A stretch of DNA of 64,000 bases from Longimicrobiales bacterium (GCA_965198065.1 CBDAON010000004.1:2624001-2688000); one strand, 5' to 3'. Numbered from the stretch's first letter, positions 10,398 through 21,224 are shown. Program-made: numbers and translations. The notes: a model not told the origin generated them from the sequence alone.

Positions 10398-12169
10398 CGG
10401 AGATTCCCCGGAAGACCGCCGCCCCGGGGGGGACCGAGACCCTCGACTGGGCGGATCCGACGGACCTCCCCTTGGAGGAAGTCCGCGATGTCTTCCTCAC
10501 GTTGTCCAAGGCACTTCGCGCCTATCAGCTCTACGATCCGAACAACCCCGTCTATAAGCGGTTTGTGCAGAACCTCAGAGAGGCGCTCACCCGCATCTGG
10601 CCGGTTAGGGACCAGCTCCAGATCCTCGTGGAGGAGGAGCGGTTCACGTGGATGGGGGAAGAGGTCTACAAGAACGACAACCGGTCCGAGTCGCTGTCCT
10701 TCCTCTTCTATCGGGACGGCATCCGTGACGTGAGCCTGAAGAAGGGGCTCGAGGAGGAGGAGCTCGAGCCTCTCCTGGACGCGCTCCACCGGGTGAAGAG
10801 CGCCCGCCAGGAAGGGGACGATCTAGTCACCATTCTCTGGGATCTCGACCTGAAGCTCTTCGGCTATACGGCAGCGGACGTTTCGGGCGAGGGCGTCGAA
10901 CTGACGGAAGGGAGGGAGGCCGCGGGGCTTCTCGATGTCGGCGGGGTCCTGAACGCGGAGCTCGGAGAGCTCTCTCCGGTGGCCCAGGAGGAAGGCGAGG
11001 AAGGAGAGGGCGAGCCCTCGTCCGGGAAGCCAGCATCCCCGGCGGGGACCGTCAAGAAGGAGGACTTCAATCCCACCCTCTACGCGCTCGACGAGGACGA
11101 GCTTCGCTATCTGAAGGTTGAGCTCGCGAAGGAGCACGAGCGGGACCTCCGCACGGATGTCCTAAACGCGCTCTTCGACCGCCTCGAGGACAAGGAGGAG
11201 GGCGAGCGACAGGAAGAGATCATCGGCATCCTGAGGACGCTCCTTCCGAACTTCCTCAGCCGGGGGGCCGTGGATTCCGCCGCGAGCGTGATCCGGGAAG
11301 TCCAGGAGCTGCGTGGCAAGAAGACCGTGCTCGCCGAAGGGGCGGAGAGCCTGGCCGAGAGCCTCGTCGACGACCTTTCCTCGAAGGAGGCTGTGGAGGA
11401 GCTGGTCCGCGCGGTCGAGGACGGGAGCGTTCCGCCCGACGCCACCGAGCTGGCCGAGCTGATCCGGTACCTGCGCCCGCTTGCCCTCGCCTCCCTCTTG
11501 AAGGGGACGGAGGAGACTCAGGACGACAAGGTCCGGGAGTTGCTCCGGGAGGCGACGCACGGGATCGCCGAGAAGAGTCGCGACACGGTCATCCGGCTCC
11601 TCACGTCGCCGGATCCCGCGGTTGCGGCTGGCGCCGGCCGGCTCGCCGGCCGGCTCGGCATCACGGAGGCCGGCGGCTCGCTTGCCCGCCTGCTCGAGGA
11701 AGGCACCCCGGAGGTGAAGCGCGCGGTCGTGGAGACCGCGGAATCCATGCCGTCCGCGGCGATCTCGGGCGCGCTCCAGCGTCTTCTCCGGGGAGAGGAT
11801 CGCGAGCTTCGTGTCGCCGCCGCGCGGGTGCTCGGAAAGACCAAGTACGGGCCGGCTGCCGCGGAACTCAAGGCCATCCTGGAGAGCAAGGACTTCCGCC
11901 TGGTGGACGTCACCGAGAAGGTCGCGTTCTTCGAGGCCTACGGAATGCTGGCCGGAGAAGGTGCCGTCGCGTTCCTCGACAAGGTGCTGAACTCGAAGGG
12001 GTTCCTGGGCCGCCGGGAGCCCCCCGAGGTGAGGGCGGGCGCCGCGCTCGGGCTCGGGAAGGTCGGCACGGCGGCGGCGCGGCGGGCACTCGAGAAGGCG
12101 AGGAACGACGACCCCGTGGTGAAGAGCGCGGTGGGCCGGGCGCTCAAGGGGGAGTCCGGTGCCGATTGA
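10394..12169 (+). CDS. HEAT-repeat protein with an uncharacterised N-terminal domain
   Basis: C-terminal repeats of the VRxAAARxLG type; typical codon usage; ATGA overlap with trpB. Confidence 0.8.
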   Translation: MTEIPRKTAAPGGTETLDWADPTDLPLEEVRDVFLTLSKALRAYQLYDPNNPVYKRFVQNLREALTRIWPVRDQLQILVEEERFTWMGEEVYKNDNRSESLSFLFYRDGIRDVSLKKGLEEEELEPLLDALHRVKSARQEGDDLVTILWDLDLKLFGYTAADVSGEGVELTEGREAAGLLDVGGVLNAELGELSPVAQEEGEEGEGEPSSGKPASPAGTVKKEDFNPTLYALDEDELRYLKVELAKEHERDLRTDVLNALFDRLEDKEEGERQEEIIGILRTLLPNFLSRGAVDSAASVIREVQELRGKKTVLAEGAESLAESLVDDLSSKEAVEELVRAVEDGSVPPDATELAELIRYLRPLALASLLKGTEETQDDKVRELLREATHGIAEKSRDTVIRLLTSPDPAVAAGAGRLAGRLGITEAGGSLARLLEEGTPEVKRAVVETAESMPSAAISGALQRLLRGEDRELRVAAARVLGKTKYGPAAAELKAILESKDFRLVDVTEKVAFFEAYGMLAGEGAVAFLDKVLNSKGFLGRREPPEVRAGAALGLGKVGTAAARRALEKARNDDPVVKSAVGRALKGESGAD

Positions 12170-13613
12170 ACGGGAGCACGGGCGCCCGTCGGGCGTCCGC
12201 GCGGCGGTCAACCTCCAGGACGAGGGGCGGAAGATCCTCGCCGCTATGTACGGCGCCCTCCGATCGCTCAAGTTCTACCCACTCGAGAACGAGGCCGTCC
12301 AGCAGGCGCTGAGGGGGCTCCACGTCGCCGTGACGGGCTTCCTCGCGAGGGAGGGAGCCCTCCAGATCCGCGTCGTGGGCGACTTTTTCTTCCTGAACGA
12401 CACGCGCCTCCGGCTCGACCTCCGGAACTTCTCCACGTTCGGCTCGTTCGCCCGAAGCCTGGGCGAGCACAAGCTCGGCGAGGTCATCGTGGACGCCGGG
12501 ATCCAGCTCGAGGAATGGGCTCCGTTCCTCTCGCTGATCCTACGGGCTCCCGATGTGGAAGGCCCGTACGAGCGCTTCGTCCAGCGGCTGCAGGGCACCC
12601 CGGTGGCCCGGATCGATGTGAGCCCGGAGCGGGAGGCCCAGCAGCTCGACCTCGAGAGCGACGCGATGGAAGGAGCCCGGCGCACTTATGCGTACTCGGT
12701 GCAGACGGCCCGCGACGTCCTCTCCGACGTACGGATCGGAAAGGCCGTGAACGCCCGGAAGGTGAAGCGTATGGTCCAGGGGATCGTGGATCAGGTGCTC
12801 TCGAACGAGCCCTCTATCATGGCCATGACGACGCTCCGGGACTTCGACGAGTACACGTTCACCCACTCCGTAAACGTCTGCATCTTCTCCGTCGTGGTCG
12901 GGCAGCGGATCGGGCTCGCCAAGGCGGACCTCTACGAGCTCGGCCTGGGGGCCCTCTTCCACGACGTGGGGAAGATGCGGGTCGAGGCCGAGGTGCTGAA
13001 CAAGGAGGGGGAGCTGACCGAGGAAGAGTGGGAAGCCCTGAAGGCACACCCGACCGAGGGGATGCTGGTCCTCTTCCAGCTGCACGGCTTCATGGACGTG
13101 CCGTACCGCCAGATGCTGGTTGCGTACGAGCATCACATGAAGCAGGACCTATCGGGCTATCCGGCCGTCCAGCGCCCACGCGAGATTGGACTGTTCTCCC
13201 GGATCGTGGCCGTCGCGGACGGTTTCGATGCCGGGAGCTCGGTCCGTAGCTACCAGTACAAGCCCTGGCCGCCGGACGCCGTGCTCCGTGAGATGAGGGA
13301 CAACAAAGCGCGGGGGTTCGATCTGGTGCTCGTGAAGGCGCTCATGACCGCGACAGGCGTGTATCCCGTCGGGACCCTCGTGATCCTGGACACGTTCGAG
13401 CTCGCGGTCGTGACCCAGGCCAACCCCGACCCAACGCGCCTCCACCAGCCGGAGGTGAAGCTCCTCGCGGACACCATGGGCGTCCCGCTCGCGGAGCCGG
13501 TCGTCGCCAGCCTCGACGAGCTGGACCCGACCACCGGCGAGCCGAAGCGCACGATCATCAAGACCACCGATCCGGATCGGTACGACATCCGCGTGGCGGA
13601 CTACGTGGCTTGA
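12159..13613 (+). CDS. HD-GYP domain protein (putative cyclic-dinucleotide phosphodiesterase)
   Basis: YTFTHSVNV, LFHDVGK, HPTEG, HHMKQDLSGYP, IVAVADGFDA, GVYPVGTLV. Confidence 0.88.
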   Translation: MPIEREHGRPSGVRAAVNLQDEGRKILAAMYGALRSLKFYPLENEAVQQALRGLHVAVTGFLAREGALQIRVVGDFFFLNDTRLRLDLRNFSTFGSFARSLGEHKLGEVIVDAGIQLEEWAPFLSLILRAPDVEGPYERFVQRLQGTPVARIDVSPEREAQQLDLESDAMEGARRTYAYSVQTARDVLSDVRIGKAVNARKVKRMVQGIVDQVLSNEPSIMAMTTLRDFDEYTFTHSVNVCIFSVVVGQRIGLAKADLYELGLGALFHDVGKMRVEAEVLNKEGELTEEEWEALKAHPTEGMLVLFQLHGFMDVPYRQMLVAYEHHMKQDLSGYPAVQRPREIGLFSRIVAVADGFDAGSSVRSYQYKPWPPDAVLREMRDNKARGFDLVLVKALMTATGVYPVGTLVILDTFELAVVTQANPDPTRLHQPEVKLLADTMGVPLAEPVVASLDELDPTTGEPKRTIIKTTDPDRYDIRVADYVA

Positions 13614-14395
13614 GCATCCGAGCGGCCTTCGCCGAGCGAAAGGTGAAGGAACAGGCCGTCCTGATCCCCTACGTGTGCGCGGGGTTCCCCACGCGGGACA
13701 AGAGCCTCGACCTCCTCCACGCCGCGGCCGACGCAGGCGCCGACGTGCTCGAGCTCGGCATCCCCTTCTCCGACCCGCTCGCGGACGGGCCCACGATCCA
13801 AAAGGCGACGTTTCGCGCGCTCCAGGGAGGGATGAGCGTCCGGGGCGCGCTGGACGTGCTCCGTGACTTCCACCAGTCCCGGAGCACGCCGGTCGTTCTC
13901 ATGACGTATCTGAACCCCATCCATCACGCGGGGCTCGAGGCGTTCGTGTCGAGCGCGAGGGAAGCCGGTGCGGACGGCCTCCTGATCACCGACCTCCCGG
14001 CCGGAGCGGATCCGGAGCTGGAGGAGGCGGTCCGGCGTGGTGGGGTGGATCTGATCCGTCTCCTCGCCCCCACGACGGCTCCGGAGCGCATCCCCCAGGT
14101 GGCCCGGGGCGCCTCGGGGTTCCTCTACTACATCTCCAGGACGGGCGTAACCGGCGCGAGGAGCGAGCTGAGAGCCGAGGTGCGGCGCGAGGTCGAGGCG
14201 ATCCGGAGCGTCTCGGAGCTTCCGGTCGCCGTCGGCTTCGGCGTCTCGACCCCCGCGCACGCGGCGCTCCTCGCCAGGGTGGCGGACGGGGTTGTCGTTG
14301 GGAGCGCCCTCCTGGACGTGGTCGGCTCGGAGGGGGTGGCGAAGGGGGGGGCCCTCCTGGCCTCCCTCCGTGCCGCGATGGACGAGGCGGGGTAA
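13610..14395 (+). CDS. trpA: tryptophan synthase alpha chain
   Basis: ELGIPFSDPLADGPTIQ, LMTYLNP, SRTGVTG, VAVGFGVS, DGVVVGSA. Confidence 0.97.
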   Translation: MSIRAAFAERKVKEQAVLIPYVCAGFPTRDKSLDLLHAAADAGADVLELGIPFSDPLADGPTIQKATFRALQGGMSVRGALDVLRDFHQSRSTPVVLMTYLNPIHHAGLEAFVSSAREAGADGLLITDLPAGADPELEEAVRRGGVDLIRLLAPTTAPERIPQVARGASGFLYYISRTGVTGARSELRAEVRREVEAIRSVSELPVAVGFGVSTPAHAALLARVADGVVVGSALLDVVGSEGVAKGGALLASLRAAMDEAG

Positions 14396-14401
14396 GCGCG
14401 A

Positions 14402-16054
14402 CTAACCCCAGGCTTCTTCCTTCCACGCCAGGCGACCCGCGAGCGTGGGGTCGGGCTCGACGAAAATCGTCTGCGACCGCTCGGCCACCACGGATCCGGG
14501 CGCCGACTTCCTCGGCTTCCGAACGTGCTTCCTGCGTGTCCAGGTGACAGCCACGCTTCCCGAGTGACGAGCCTCCGAATAGAGCGCCGCGAGGACCGCG
14601 GCCTCGACGAGATCCCGACCCGACGGGTTGTCCTTCCGATTCCATCGGAGGATCACGTGGGCACCCGGGACCTGCTCCGCGTGAAGCCACACGTCGTCCG
14701 GCGACGAATAGTGGAACGTGAGCTCGTCGTTCCGGCGAGCGCTTCGCCCCACGCGGACCTCGAGTCCTCCGGTGGTACGGTACTGGTGGTAGGGGAGGGA
14801 GCCGGTCGCCGCGCCTTTCCTCGCTCGTCCCGATCGCTTGCCGGGCCCCAGGGCGTCCGCCACGTCTTCCGGACCGATCGTCCCGTCATGGAGCCGGTCG
14901 AGGAGGCCAGCCCAGCGATCGGCCCTGGCTCGGGCGTCCTCGATGCGTGAGGGCAGCGTTCGCAGCGCTTTTTCGACTCGCGCGGCCTCCGCGTAGCGGC
15001 GATCCGCGTTCTGTTCGGGCCGGAGCGTGGGATCGAGTGCGATCTCGCGCGGTGCGCCATCGAGCCCCTCGACGACCACGCGGTCGGCTCCCGGTAGGAT
15101 CTCGGAGAAGCGCGCCAGGATCAGATCTCCGGCCGAACGGAGCGCGCCGGGGTCCCCGGCGGTCTTGAGCTGGCGCTGGAGCCCGGCGGCCTTCGATCTG
15201 AGGCGGCGGATCCTCTCCTCCAGCCGCTCTACGATTGCGGACGGGACGGAGAGGGAGTGGAGGGGAGGGGCGTCGGTGGAGGCGGCCCGGGCCTGGGCGA
15301 ACACCTCGAGAAGGGATGGGAAGGACCGGGCGTCGCCCAGCCCCAGGGAAACGGGATACGGTTGAGGGCCACTGCCGGTCGGGAGGAGGAACGCGCCCCA
15401 CGACCCGGTGGAGGTCAGCTCCAGCCACCGCTCGAACCCGTCGGGACCGCCGAGGAACGCCACGTTCATGGAAGACGTCCAGGCCACGCGGTCGAGGATG
15501 CGCCGCTCCCTCTCCCGCTCGACGCCCTCCCCATGCGGCCCGACGAGCTCGATCCACTCTGCGGCGTCCTGCGGTTGGCGGCGACCGGTGGACGCCGGGG
15601 GCTCGTAGAGCCCACCCACGACGACGACGCGTCGACCCGCGTGGCGAGGCACGAGGACCTGCCGGATCGCCCGACTCTCTCGCTCGACCAGCACGGCGCT
15701 GAAGAGGTTTCTGGACAGCTCGATCACGAGGTCGAGCGCCTCGCCCCGGCGCTTCGTGGGGTCGAGCTCGATCACGAACGCGCTCTCGTCCTCGAGGGGC
15801 CGCACGCGGGCGACCCGGGCGCGGAGCGGGCGTACGCCCGGGAGCGGCTCGGGAAGCGGCCCGGAGGCGGGGAGATCGGTCACCCATCCGTGAAGGGGGT
15901 GGAGCTCGAACGCGATCGTTCGCTCCTCCGAATGGAGGAGGGCTCTCCGGGGCCCGGCGTCGAGCAGCACGCCCCAGACCGGGGCTCCCTCGAGCGCCTC
16001 CGAGAGCTCCCGGGCGAGGGCGGCAGCGAGGAGTGGATCCCAGCGGACCGACAT
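14402..16054 (-). CDS. rqcH: NFACT/Rqc2 family (FbpA-like) ribosome quality-control protein
   Basis: coiled-coil middle region, IALDPTL...NADRRY, C-terminal VGRSARRND...DVWLHAEQVPGAHVIL NFACT-R domain. Confidence 0.8.
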   Translation of the reverse strand: MSVRWDPLLAAALARELSEALEGAPVWGVLLDAGPRRALLHSEERTIAFELHPLHGWVTDLPASGPLPEPLPGVRPLRARVARVRPLEDESAFVIELDPTKRRGEALDLVIELSRNLFSAVLVERESRAIRQVLVPRHAGRRVVVVGGLYEPPASTGRRQPQDAAEWIELVGPHGEGVERERERRILDRVAWTSSMNVAFLGGPDGFERWLELTSTGSWGAFLLPTGSGPQPYPVSLGLGDARSFPSLLEVFAQARAASTDAPPLHSLSVPSAIVERLEERIRRLRSKAAGLQRQLKTAGDPGALRSAGDLILARFSEILPGADRVVVEGLDGAPREIALDPTLRPEQNADRRYAEAARVEKALRTLPSRIEDARARADRWAGLLDRLHDGTIGPEDVADALGPGKRSGRARKGAATGSLPYHQYRTTGGLEVRVGRSARRNDELTFHYSSPDDVWLHAEQVPGAHVILRWNRKDNPSGRDLVEAAVLAALYSEARHSGSVAVTWTRRKHVRKPRKSAPGSVVAERSQTIFVEPDPTLAGRLAWKEEAWG

Positions 16055-16285
16055 CCAGCCAAGCTAACCGATCCGGCGCATGCGGGCCGATTCCCGATGC
16101 GGCCTCCGATCCTACCCGATCGCCGGAGCGCCGCGCCTCCCGCCCTTTCGCTCGACCGCGCCATGCGCGCGTGCCCCCGTACTTGTGCAGACCATCCCCG
16201 GGGTTTGACACTCCCTGGAGCGGACTCTATCCTCCGGCGGCTCTATCGAGCCGATCCCCTCCGCCCTTCCTTCTCCCCCCCCGCG

Positions 16286-17089
16286 ATGACCGTACGCGAC
16301 TTCCTGGAGATGAAGCGGCGCGGGGAGCCGATCGCAGTCCTCACCTGTTACGATTTCCTATTCGCGCGTCTCCTCGAGGAAGCGGGCGTGGACATGATCC
16401 TCGTGGGGGATTCCCTCGGGCAGGTCGTGCTCGGGTACGAATCGACCCTGCCGGTGACGCTCGACGAGATGATCCACCACACGAAGGCCGTGAGCCGCGG
16501 CGCGCCCCACACCTTCAGCGTGATGGACCTTCCGTTCCTCAGCTATCAGATCTCCGACGAGGACGCGCTCAGGAGCGCGGGCCGTGCGTTGAAGGAGTCG
16601 GCGGTACAGGCCGTGAAGCTGGAGGGGGGAGATGAGAAGGCGTGCTCCCGCGTGCGGACCCTCGTCCACGCGGGCATCCCGGTCATGGGGCACGTGGGGT
16701 TCGTTCCGCAGTCCGTTCACTCCCTCAGCGGGAACCGGGTACAGGGCCGGGGCGCGGAGGAGGCGGCCCACATTCGCGCCGAGGCGAAGGCCCTCGAGGC
16801 GGCGGGCTGCTTTTCGGTTGTCCTCGAGCTCGTTCCCGGACGGCTGGCGGCGGAGATCACCCAGGATCTGGAGATCCCGACGATCGGCATCGGTGCCGGG
16901 GTCGAGTGTGACGGCCAGGTCCTCGTCCTTCCCGACGCCCTGGGGCTGAACCCTTCGTTCTCCCCCCGCTTTCTCCGGCGCTATGCGGAGCTGGCCAAGG
17001 AGGCGAGCGTCGGAATCGGCGGGTACATCCAGGACGTGAAGATGCGCCGCTATCCTGGCCCGGAGCACACCTTCGGAGAAGGGGCGTGA
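16286..17089 (+). CDS. panB: 3-methyl-2-oxobutanoate hydroxymethyltransferase
   Basis: LTCYD, ILVGDSLG, AVKLEGG, PTIGIGAG, DGQVLV; ATG at 16286. Confidence 0.96.
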   Translation: MTVRDFLEMKRRGEPIAVLTCYDFLFARLLEEAGVDMILVGDSLGQVVLGYESTLPVTLDEMIHHTKAVSRGAPHTFSVMDLPFLSYQISDEDALRSAGRALKESAVQAVKLEGGDEKACSRVRTLVHAGIPVMGHVGFVPQSVHSLSGNRVQGRGAEEAAHIRAEAKALEAAGCFSVVLELVPGRLAAEITQDLEIPTIGIGAGVECDGQVLVLPDALGLNPSFSPRFLRRYAELAKEASVGIGGYIQDVKMRRYPGPEHTFGEGA

Positions 17090-18003
17090 CGAACGCGGGA
17101 CCGGGCCCCGCGATCGCGCGAACACTGGCAGAACTCGACGCCGCTCTGGACCCGCTCCGGGAGGCCGGGGCATCGGTCGCCCTCGTGCCCACCATGGGCG
17201 CCCTGCACGAGGGCCACCTCTCCCTGGTGGATCGAGCTCGTCTGCTCGCCGACGCCGTTGTCATGTCCGTCTTCGTGAACCCGCTCCAGTTCGGTCCCGA
17301 CGAGGATCTGGAGCGCTATCCGCGGGATCTGGCCGGGGACGTGGAGCTCGTGGGTCGGCGGGGGGTCGATCTCGTCTTCGCGCCGGCGGAGGGGGAGATG
17401 TACCCCGACGGTCCGCCCCGCGTCCGGGTCGAGCCCGGCCCCATGGCGGAGGGCCTCTGCGGACCGTTCCGGCCAGGCCACTTTGCGGGCGTCCTCACGG
17501 TCGTCGCGAAGCTCTTCGGGCTCATCCGCCCAGCGGCGGCCGTCTTCGGACGAAAAGACCTCCAGCAGGCCGCGCTCATCCGCCGCATGGAGCGGGACCT
17601 GGAGCTGGGCGTGCGGATCGAGGTCGCGCCCACGATCCGGGACGAGGACGGGCTCGCCATGAGCTCCCGGAACGCCCACCTGTTGCCCGAGGAGCGGGAG
17701 CGTGCCCTTGGGCTTTACCGGGCCCTCGTCGGCGCGGACCAGGCCTTCCGGAGCGGCGAGGCCGACCGGGCGGTCCTGGTAGAGAGGGTCGAGGGCGTGG
17801 TCCGGGAGCACGCCGGCCTCGAGCTCCAGTACGTAGAGCTCGTGGACCCTGAGAGCATGGAGTTCCTCGACAGGGCGCGGGCCGGGTCGGCGTTGGCGGT
17901 CGCCGGCTTCTCCGGGGCCACGCGTTTGATCGACAACATCATCCTGGGAGCCGAGTCGCCCGACCCGAGGGTCGGGGCCTCCGTCCCCCGGAGGGGGTCG
18001 TGA
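17086..18003 (+). CDS. panC: pantoate--beta-alanine ligase
   Basis: VPTMGALHEGH, FVNPLQF, RPGHF, FGRKD, GLAMSSRN, RLIDN. Confidence 0.96.
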   Translation: MTNAGPGPAIARTLAELDAALDPLREAGASVALVPTMGALHEGHLSLVDRARLLADAVVMSVFVNPLQFGPDEDLERYPRDLAGDVELVGRRGVDLVFAPAEGEMYPDGPPRVRVEPGPMAEGLCGPFRPGHFAGVLTVVAKLFGLIRPAAAVFGRKDLQQAALIRRMERDLELGVRIEVAPTIRDEDGLAMSSRNAHLLPEERERALGLYRALVGADQAFRSGEADRAVLVERVEGVVREHAGLELQYVELVDPESMEFLDRARAGSALAVAGFSGATRLIDNIILGAESPDPRVGASVPRRGS

Positions 18004-18605
18004 CGCTCCACCCGCTCCTCGAGCGCGCGTCCGAGGGGTCGGTTCCCGGCTGGGCACGGGCGGGCAAGGCCCGGCGCGCCCACATGGAGCGGGTGGCCGC
18101 CCTCATGGAGGAGTGGGCCTCCGACTGGAACCTCGGCCAGGACGATCGGGCGCGCTGGAAGGCGGCCGGCTTTCTCCACGACGCGCTCCGAGACGCCGAC
18201 CCCGTTGAGCTTCGCCCTCTGGTTCCCCCCGAGCTCGAGGATCTCCCGGGCGCGCTGCTTCACGGCCCGGCCGCGGCACGGCTCCTGGAGGAGGACGGGG
18301 TGACGGATCGGCCGCTCCTACTCTCGGTAGCGTACCACACCCTCGGCCACCCCGAACTGGACCGACTCGGGCGCTCCCTCTACGCGGCCGACTTCCTCGA
18401 GTCGGGGCGAAAGCACCTGTCCGATCGCGAGGAGGGCCTCCGGGAGAGCATGCTGGCGGATCCCCGGGGCGTAGTTCTGGAAGTGGCCCGGGCCAGGGTG
18501 TCCGAGATGGTGAGGAAGGGGAAGCCGCTCCGGGCCGAGACGGTGGGCTTCTGGAACGGGCTTGTGGGCGAGACCGACGCCCGGTCCACGGAGTCGGCGA
18601 CCTGA
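18000..18605 (+). CDS. YqeK-like HD-domain hydrolase (putative Ap4A hydrolase)
   Basis: H...FLHD...LLHGPAAA...YHTLG...YAADFLE pattern; adjacent to a LytR_C gene. Confidence 0.75.
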   Translation: MTLHPLLERASEGSVPGWARAGKARRAHMERVAALMEEWASDWNLGQDDRARWKAAGFLHDALRDADPVELRPLVPPELEDLPGALLHGPAAARLLEEDGVTDRPLLLSVAYHTLGHPELDRLGRSLYAADFLESGRKHLSDREEGLRESMLADPRGVVLEVARARVSEMVRKGKPLRAETVGFWNGLVGETDARSTESAT

Positions 18606-19159
18606 TGGCCCGCCGGCGGCGCGGACAGGAGCCTGTCTGGCCCCTCCTCGTCGGCGTGGCCTTGGTCGGAGGAGGGGCCGGCCTGGCCGCGCTCCTTTCG
18701 AGGGGTCCGGCGGAAACGGAGGACCCCATCGACGACCCGCCCACCGGTGTGGAGGTGCCGCTCCCGACGCCCGGGGACCGCGTTCGCGTGGAGGTGCTGA
18801 ACGCCGGCGGCGTCCAGGGGGCGGCCGCCGAAGCCACGGAGATCCTCCGCGCCGCGGGCTTCGACGTGGTCTATTTCGGGAACGCGGCCTCGTTCGGCTC
18901 CGCTACCACGGTCGTTCTCGATCGCACCGGCGCGGGTGGGGCCGCCGGCGCCGTCGCGAGCTCCCTGGGCGCGCCCGAGGTACGGTCCGAGGCGGACTCC
19001 ACCCGGCTCGTGGACGTGACCGTGTTGGTCGGCGCGGACTGGCCGCTCCGGCCGGAGTCGGGCGACGCGCCTGAAGCTGCTACTTTCGAGGACGCGGAGG
19101 CCCCCGGGGAACCGCATCCCTGGTGGGATCTGCGGCGTTTCTTCAACGGGACGAGGTGA
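18605..19159 (+). CDS. LytR C-terminal domain membrane protein
   Basis: N-terminal TM segment; VEVLNAGGVQGAA...GFDVVYFGNA...DVTVLVGAD. Confidence 0.85.
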   Translation: MARRRRGQEPVWPLLVGVALVGGGAGLAALLSRGPAETEDPIDDPPTGVEVPLPTPGDRVRVEVLNAGGVQGAAAEATEILRAAGFDVVYFGNAASFGSATTVVLDRTGAGGAAGAVASSLGAPEVRSEADSTRLVDVTVLVGADWPLRPESGDAPEAATFEDAEAPGEPHPWWDLRRFFNGTR

Positions 19160-19935
19160 CCAGGGTGCCGAGTGACGAGCGGGGAGGGCGCCGGCGGGAC
19201 CGGGGCGGAGCGTCGGCCCGGAGGGTGCCCGACGGGGGACAAGGAGGCTCGCGCGTGGCCAAGGAGGCCTGGGAGTGGGCGAAGACGATCGTCCTCACTC
19301 TCTTTTTCCTCGTCATCATTAGGAGCTTCCTCGTCCAGACGTTCGTGATCACCTCGGGATCCATGGAGGACACGCTCCTCGTGGGAGACTTCCTCATGGT
19401 GAACCGGCTGGCGCTCGGGACCCGAATCCCGGGGACGCTCGTCTCCACGCCCGGGTACTCCGAGCCTCGCCGACACGGCGTCCTGGTGTTCGATCCGCCT
19501 CACGAGGAGGGGATCAAGCTGGTCAAGCGGCTGATCGGGATGCCCGGGGACACGCTGGAGATGAGGAACAAGCGCCTCTGGGTGAACGGGGTGGTCCAGG
19601 ACGAGCCGTACGTCAAGTGGGGCGACCCCGGTCAAGACCAGGAGGATCCCAACATGATGTGGCAGCGTGAGCACCTGCTGCCGTGGGTCGACCGGGACCG
19701 GTACCACCCGACCCGGGACAACTGGGGGCCATTGGTCGTTCCCGAGGGACACTACTTCATGCTGGGGGACAACCGGGACTTCTCCTACGACTCGAGGTAC
19801 TGGGGTCTGCTCGAGCTCTGGAGGCTGGAGGGGAGGGCGATGTTCTTCTACTTCTCCTACGAGCGCGACTCACCGACGCCGTTCGCGTTCCTCCGCGAGA
19901 TTCGCTGGGGCCGGATTGGTAGCGGGATCCACTGA
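19156..19935 (+). CDS. lepB: signal peptidase I
   Basis: ITSGSMEDTLLVGD (Ser), LVKRLIGMPGD (Lys), MLGDNRDFSYDSRYWG; start uncertain. Confidence 0.94.
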   Translation: MTRVPSDERGGRRRDRGGASARRVPDGGQGGSRVAKEAWEWAKTIVLTLFFLVIIRSFLVQTFVITSGSMEDTLLVGDFLMVNRLALGTRIPGTLVSTPGYSEPRRHGVLVFDPPHEEGIKLVKRLIGMPGDTLEMRNKRLWVNGVVQDEPYVKWGDPGQDQEDPNMMWQREHLLPWVDRDRYHPTRDNWGPLVVPEGHYFMLGDNRDFSYDSRYWGLLELWRLEGRAMFFYFSYERDSPTPFAFLREIRWGRIGSGIH

Positions 19936-21054
19936 CCGGCGGCGGCTCCTGGCCGGCCTTTCCTCGAGCGCCACGAGAGCATTCGCACGAAGCTGACCAC
20001 ACGCGGCGTCGATGTCCCGGCCCCGAGGCTCCCGGATGGCGGCCGCGACCCCGGCAGCCTCGAGCACGGACCGGAAGCGCTCGAGTCGCGAAGAGGTGGA
20101 GGGGAGCCAGTCCTGGTAGGGGATGGGGTTGAAGGGGATCAAGTTCACGAAGGCCCGCACCGACCGGGCCAACTCGGCGAGCGCGGGGGCCAGCTCCTCA
20201 GCGTCGTTCACTCCGCGGATCATCGTGTACTCGAAGGTGACCCGTCGCCCGCTTCCGGCGCGGAACTCCCGGATGGCCTCCATGAGCACGGGAAGTGGGT
20301 AGCGTCTCTCCAGGGGTACGAGCGTCGCTCGAAGTTTGGACACGGGAGCGTGCAGGGAGAGGGCTAGCCCGAACTGCTCAGGTCTCGCCGCCAGCTCACG
20401 GATGCCCGGGACGAGGCCCACGGTCGAGACCGTGATGCGGCGCGCGCCCACGCCGTAGCCGTGGTTCAAGATCGTGAGCGAGGCGAGGACGGCCTCCTGG
20501 TTCGCGAGGGGCTCACCCATCCCCATGTAGACGATGTTCGTGATGGGCCCGTAGCTGTTTTCCTCGGCCCAGCGCCGGGAAGCCCGGAACTGGACGACGA
20601 TCTCACCGGGCGTCAGCTGGCGGGAAAACCCGGCCCAGCCGGTCGCGCAAAACGTGCAGCCCATCGCGCAGCCGGCCTGGGACGACAGGCACAGCGTCAG
20701 GCGGCCCCGGGACAGGATGAGGACCGACTCGACGAGCTCTCCGTCAGATAGCTGCCAGAGGTGCTTAGCCGTTCCGTCCGACGACCTGGAGACCCGCACG
20801 ACTTCGGGCTCCGCGAGCGCGAAGCTCCGCGCGAGCGTCTCGCGGTCACGAGCGGGGAGGTTGGTCATCCCCCCGATCGAGCGAACACCGGTTTCGTAGA
20901 TCCAGCGGAGCACCTGCTCACCCCGATAAGAGGGGGCGCCTACCGAGCGGAAGTGGGCCCCGAGACGGAGTTCGAGCTCGTCGGGCGGCAGCCCTAGGAG
21001 GTCCACCGGCCCGGCGGCTCCGGCGCGCCGGTCCATCTCCGGCACCTCGATCAC
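19870..21054 (-). CDS. rlmN: 23S rRNA/tRNA m2A methyltransferase (radical SAM)
   Basis: CLSSQAGCAMGCTFCATG, MGMGEPL, SLHA, IDAACGQL. Confidence 0.96.
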   Translation of the reverse strand: MIEVPEMDRRAGAAGPVDLLGLPPDELELRLGAHFRSVGAPSYRGEQVLRWIYETGVRSIGGMTNLPARDRETLARSFALAEPEVVRVSRSSDGTAKHLWQLSDGELVESVLILSRGRLTLCLSSQAGCAMGCTFCATGWAGFSRQLTPGEIVVQFRASRRWAEENSYGPITNIVYMGMGEPLANQEAVLASLTILNHGYGVGARRITVSTVGLVPGIRELAARPEQFGLALSLHAPVSKLRATLVPLERRYPLPVLMEAIREFRAGSGRRVTFEYTMIRGVNDAEELAPALAELARSVRAFVNLIPFNPIPYQDWLPSTSSRLERFRSVLEAAGVAAAIREPRGRDIDAACGQLRANALVALEERPARSRRRSVDPATNPAPANLAEERERRR

Positions 21055-21224
21055 GGATCCTCCTTCCTTGAGACGACCCAGACCCGCCGTTAACTTAGCG
21101 GGTCACCTTTCGGGTGTGCGCTCGCCCCCCCTTCGCGCGACCCTCTTGGTAATTCCTTTGGTGACTCTCCAATCGAACTTGTTCCCCCGGTGCCGGCGGG
21201 TGCCTCGCATGGGACGATCGTGGA

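Noticed and set aside
19870..19935. 66-bp convergent overlap of lepB and rlmN
   Set aside because: The rlmN tail is non-conserved low-complexity read-through, common in GC-rich genomes.
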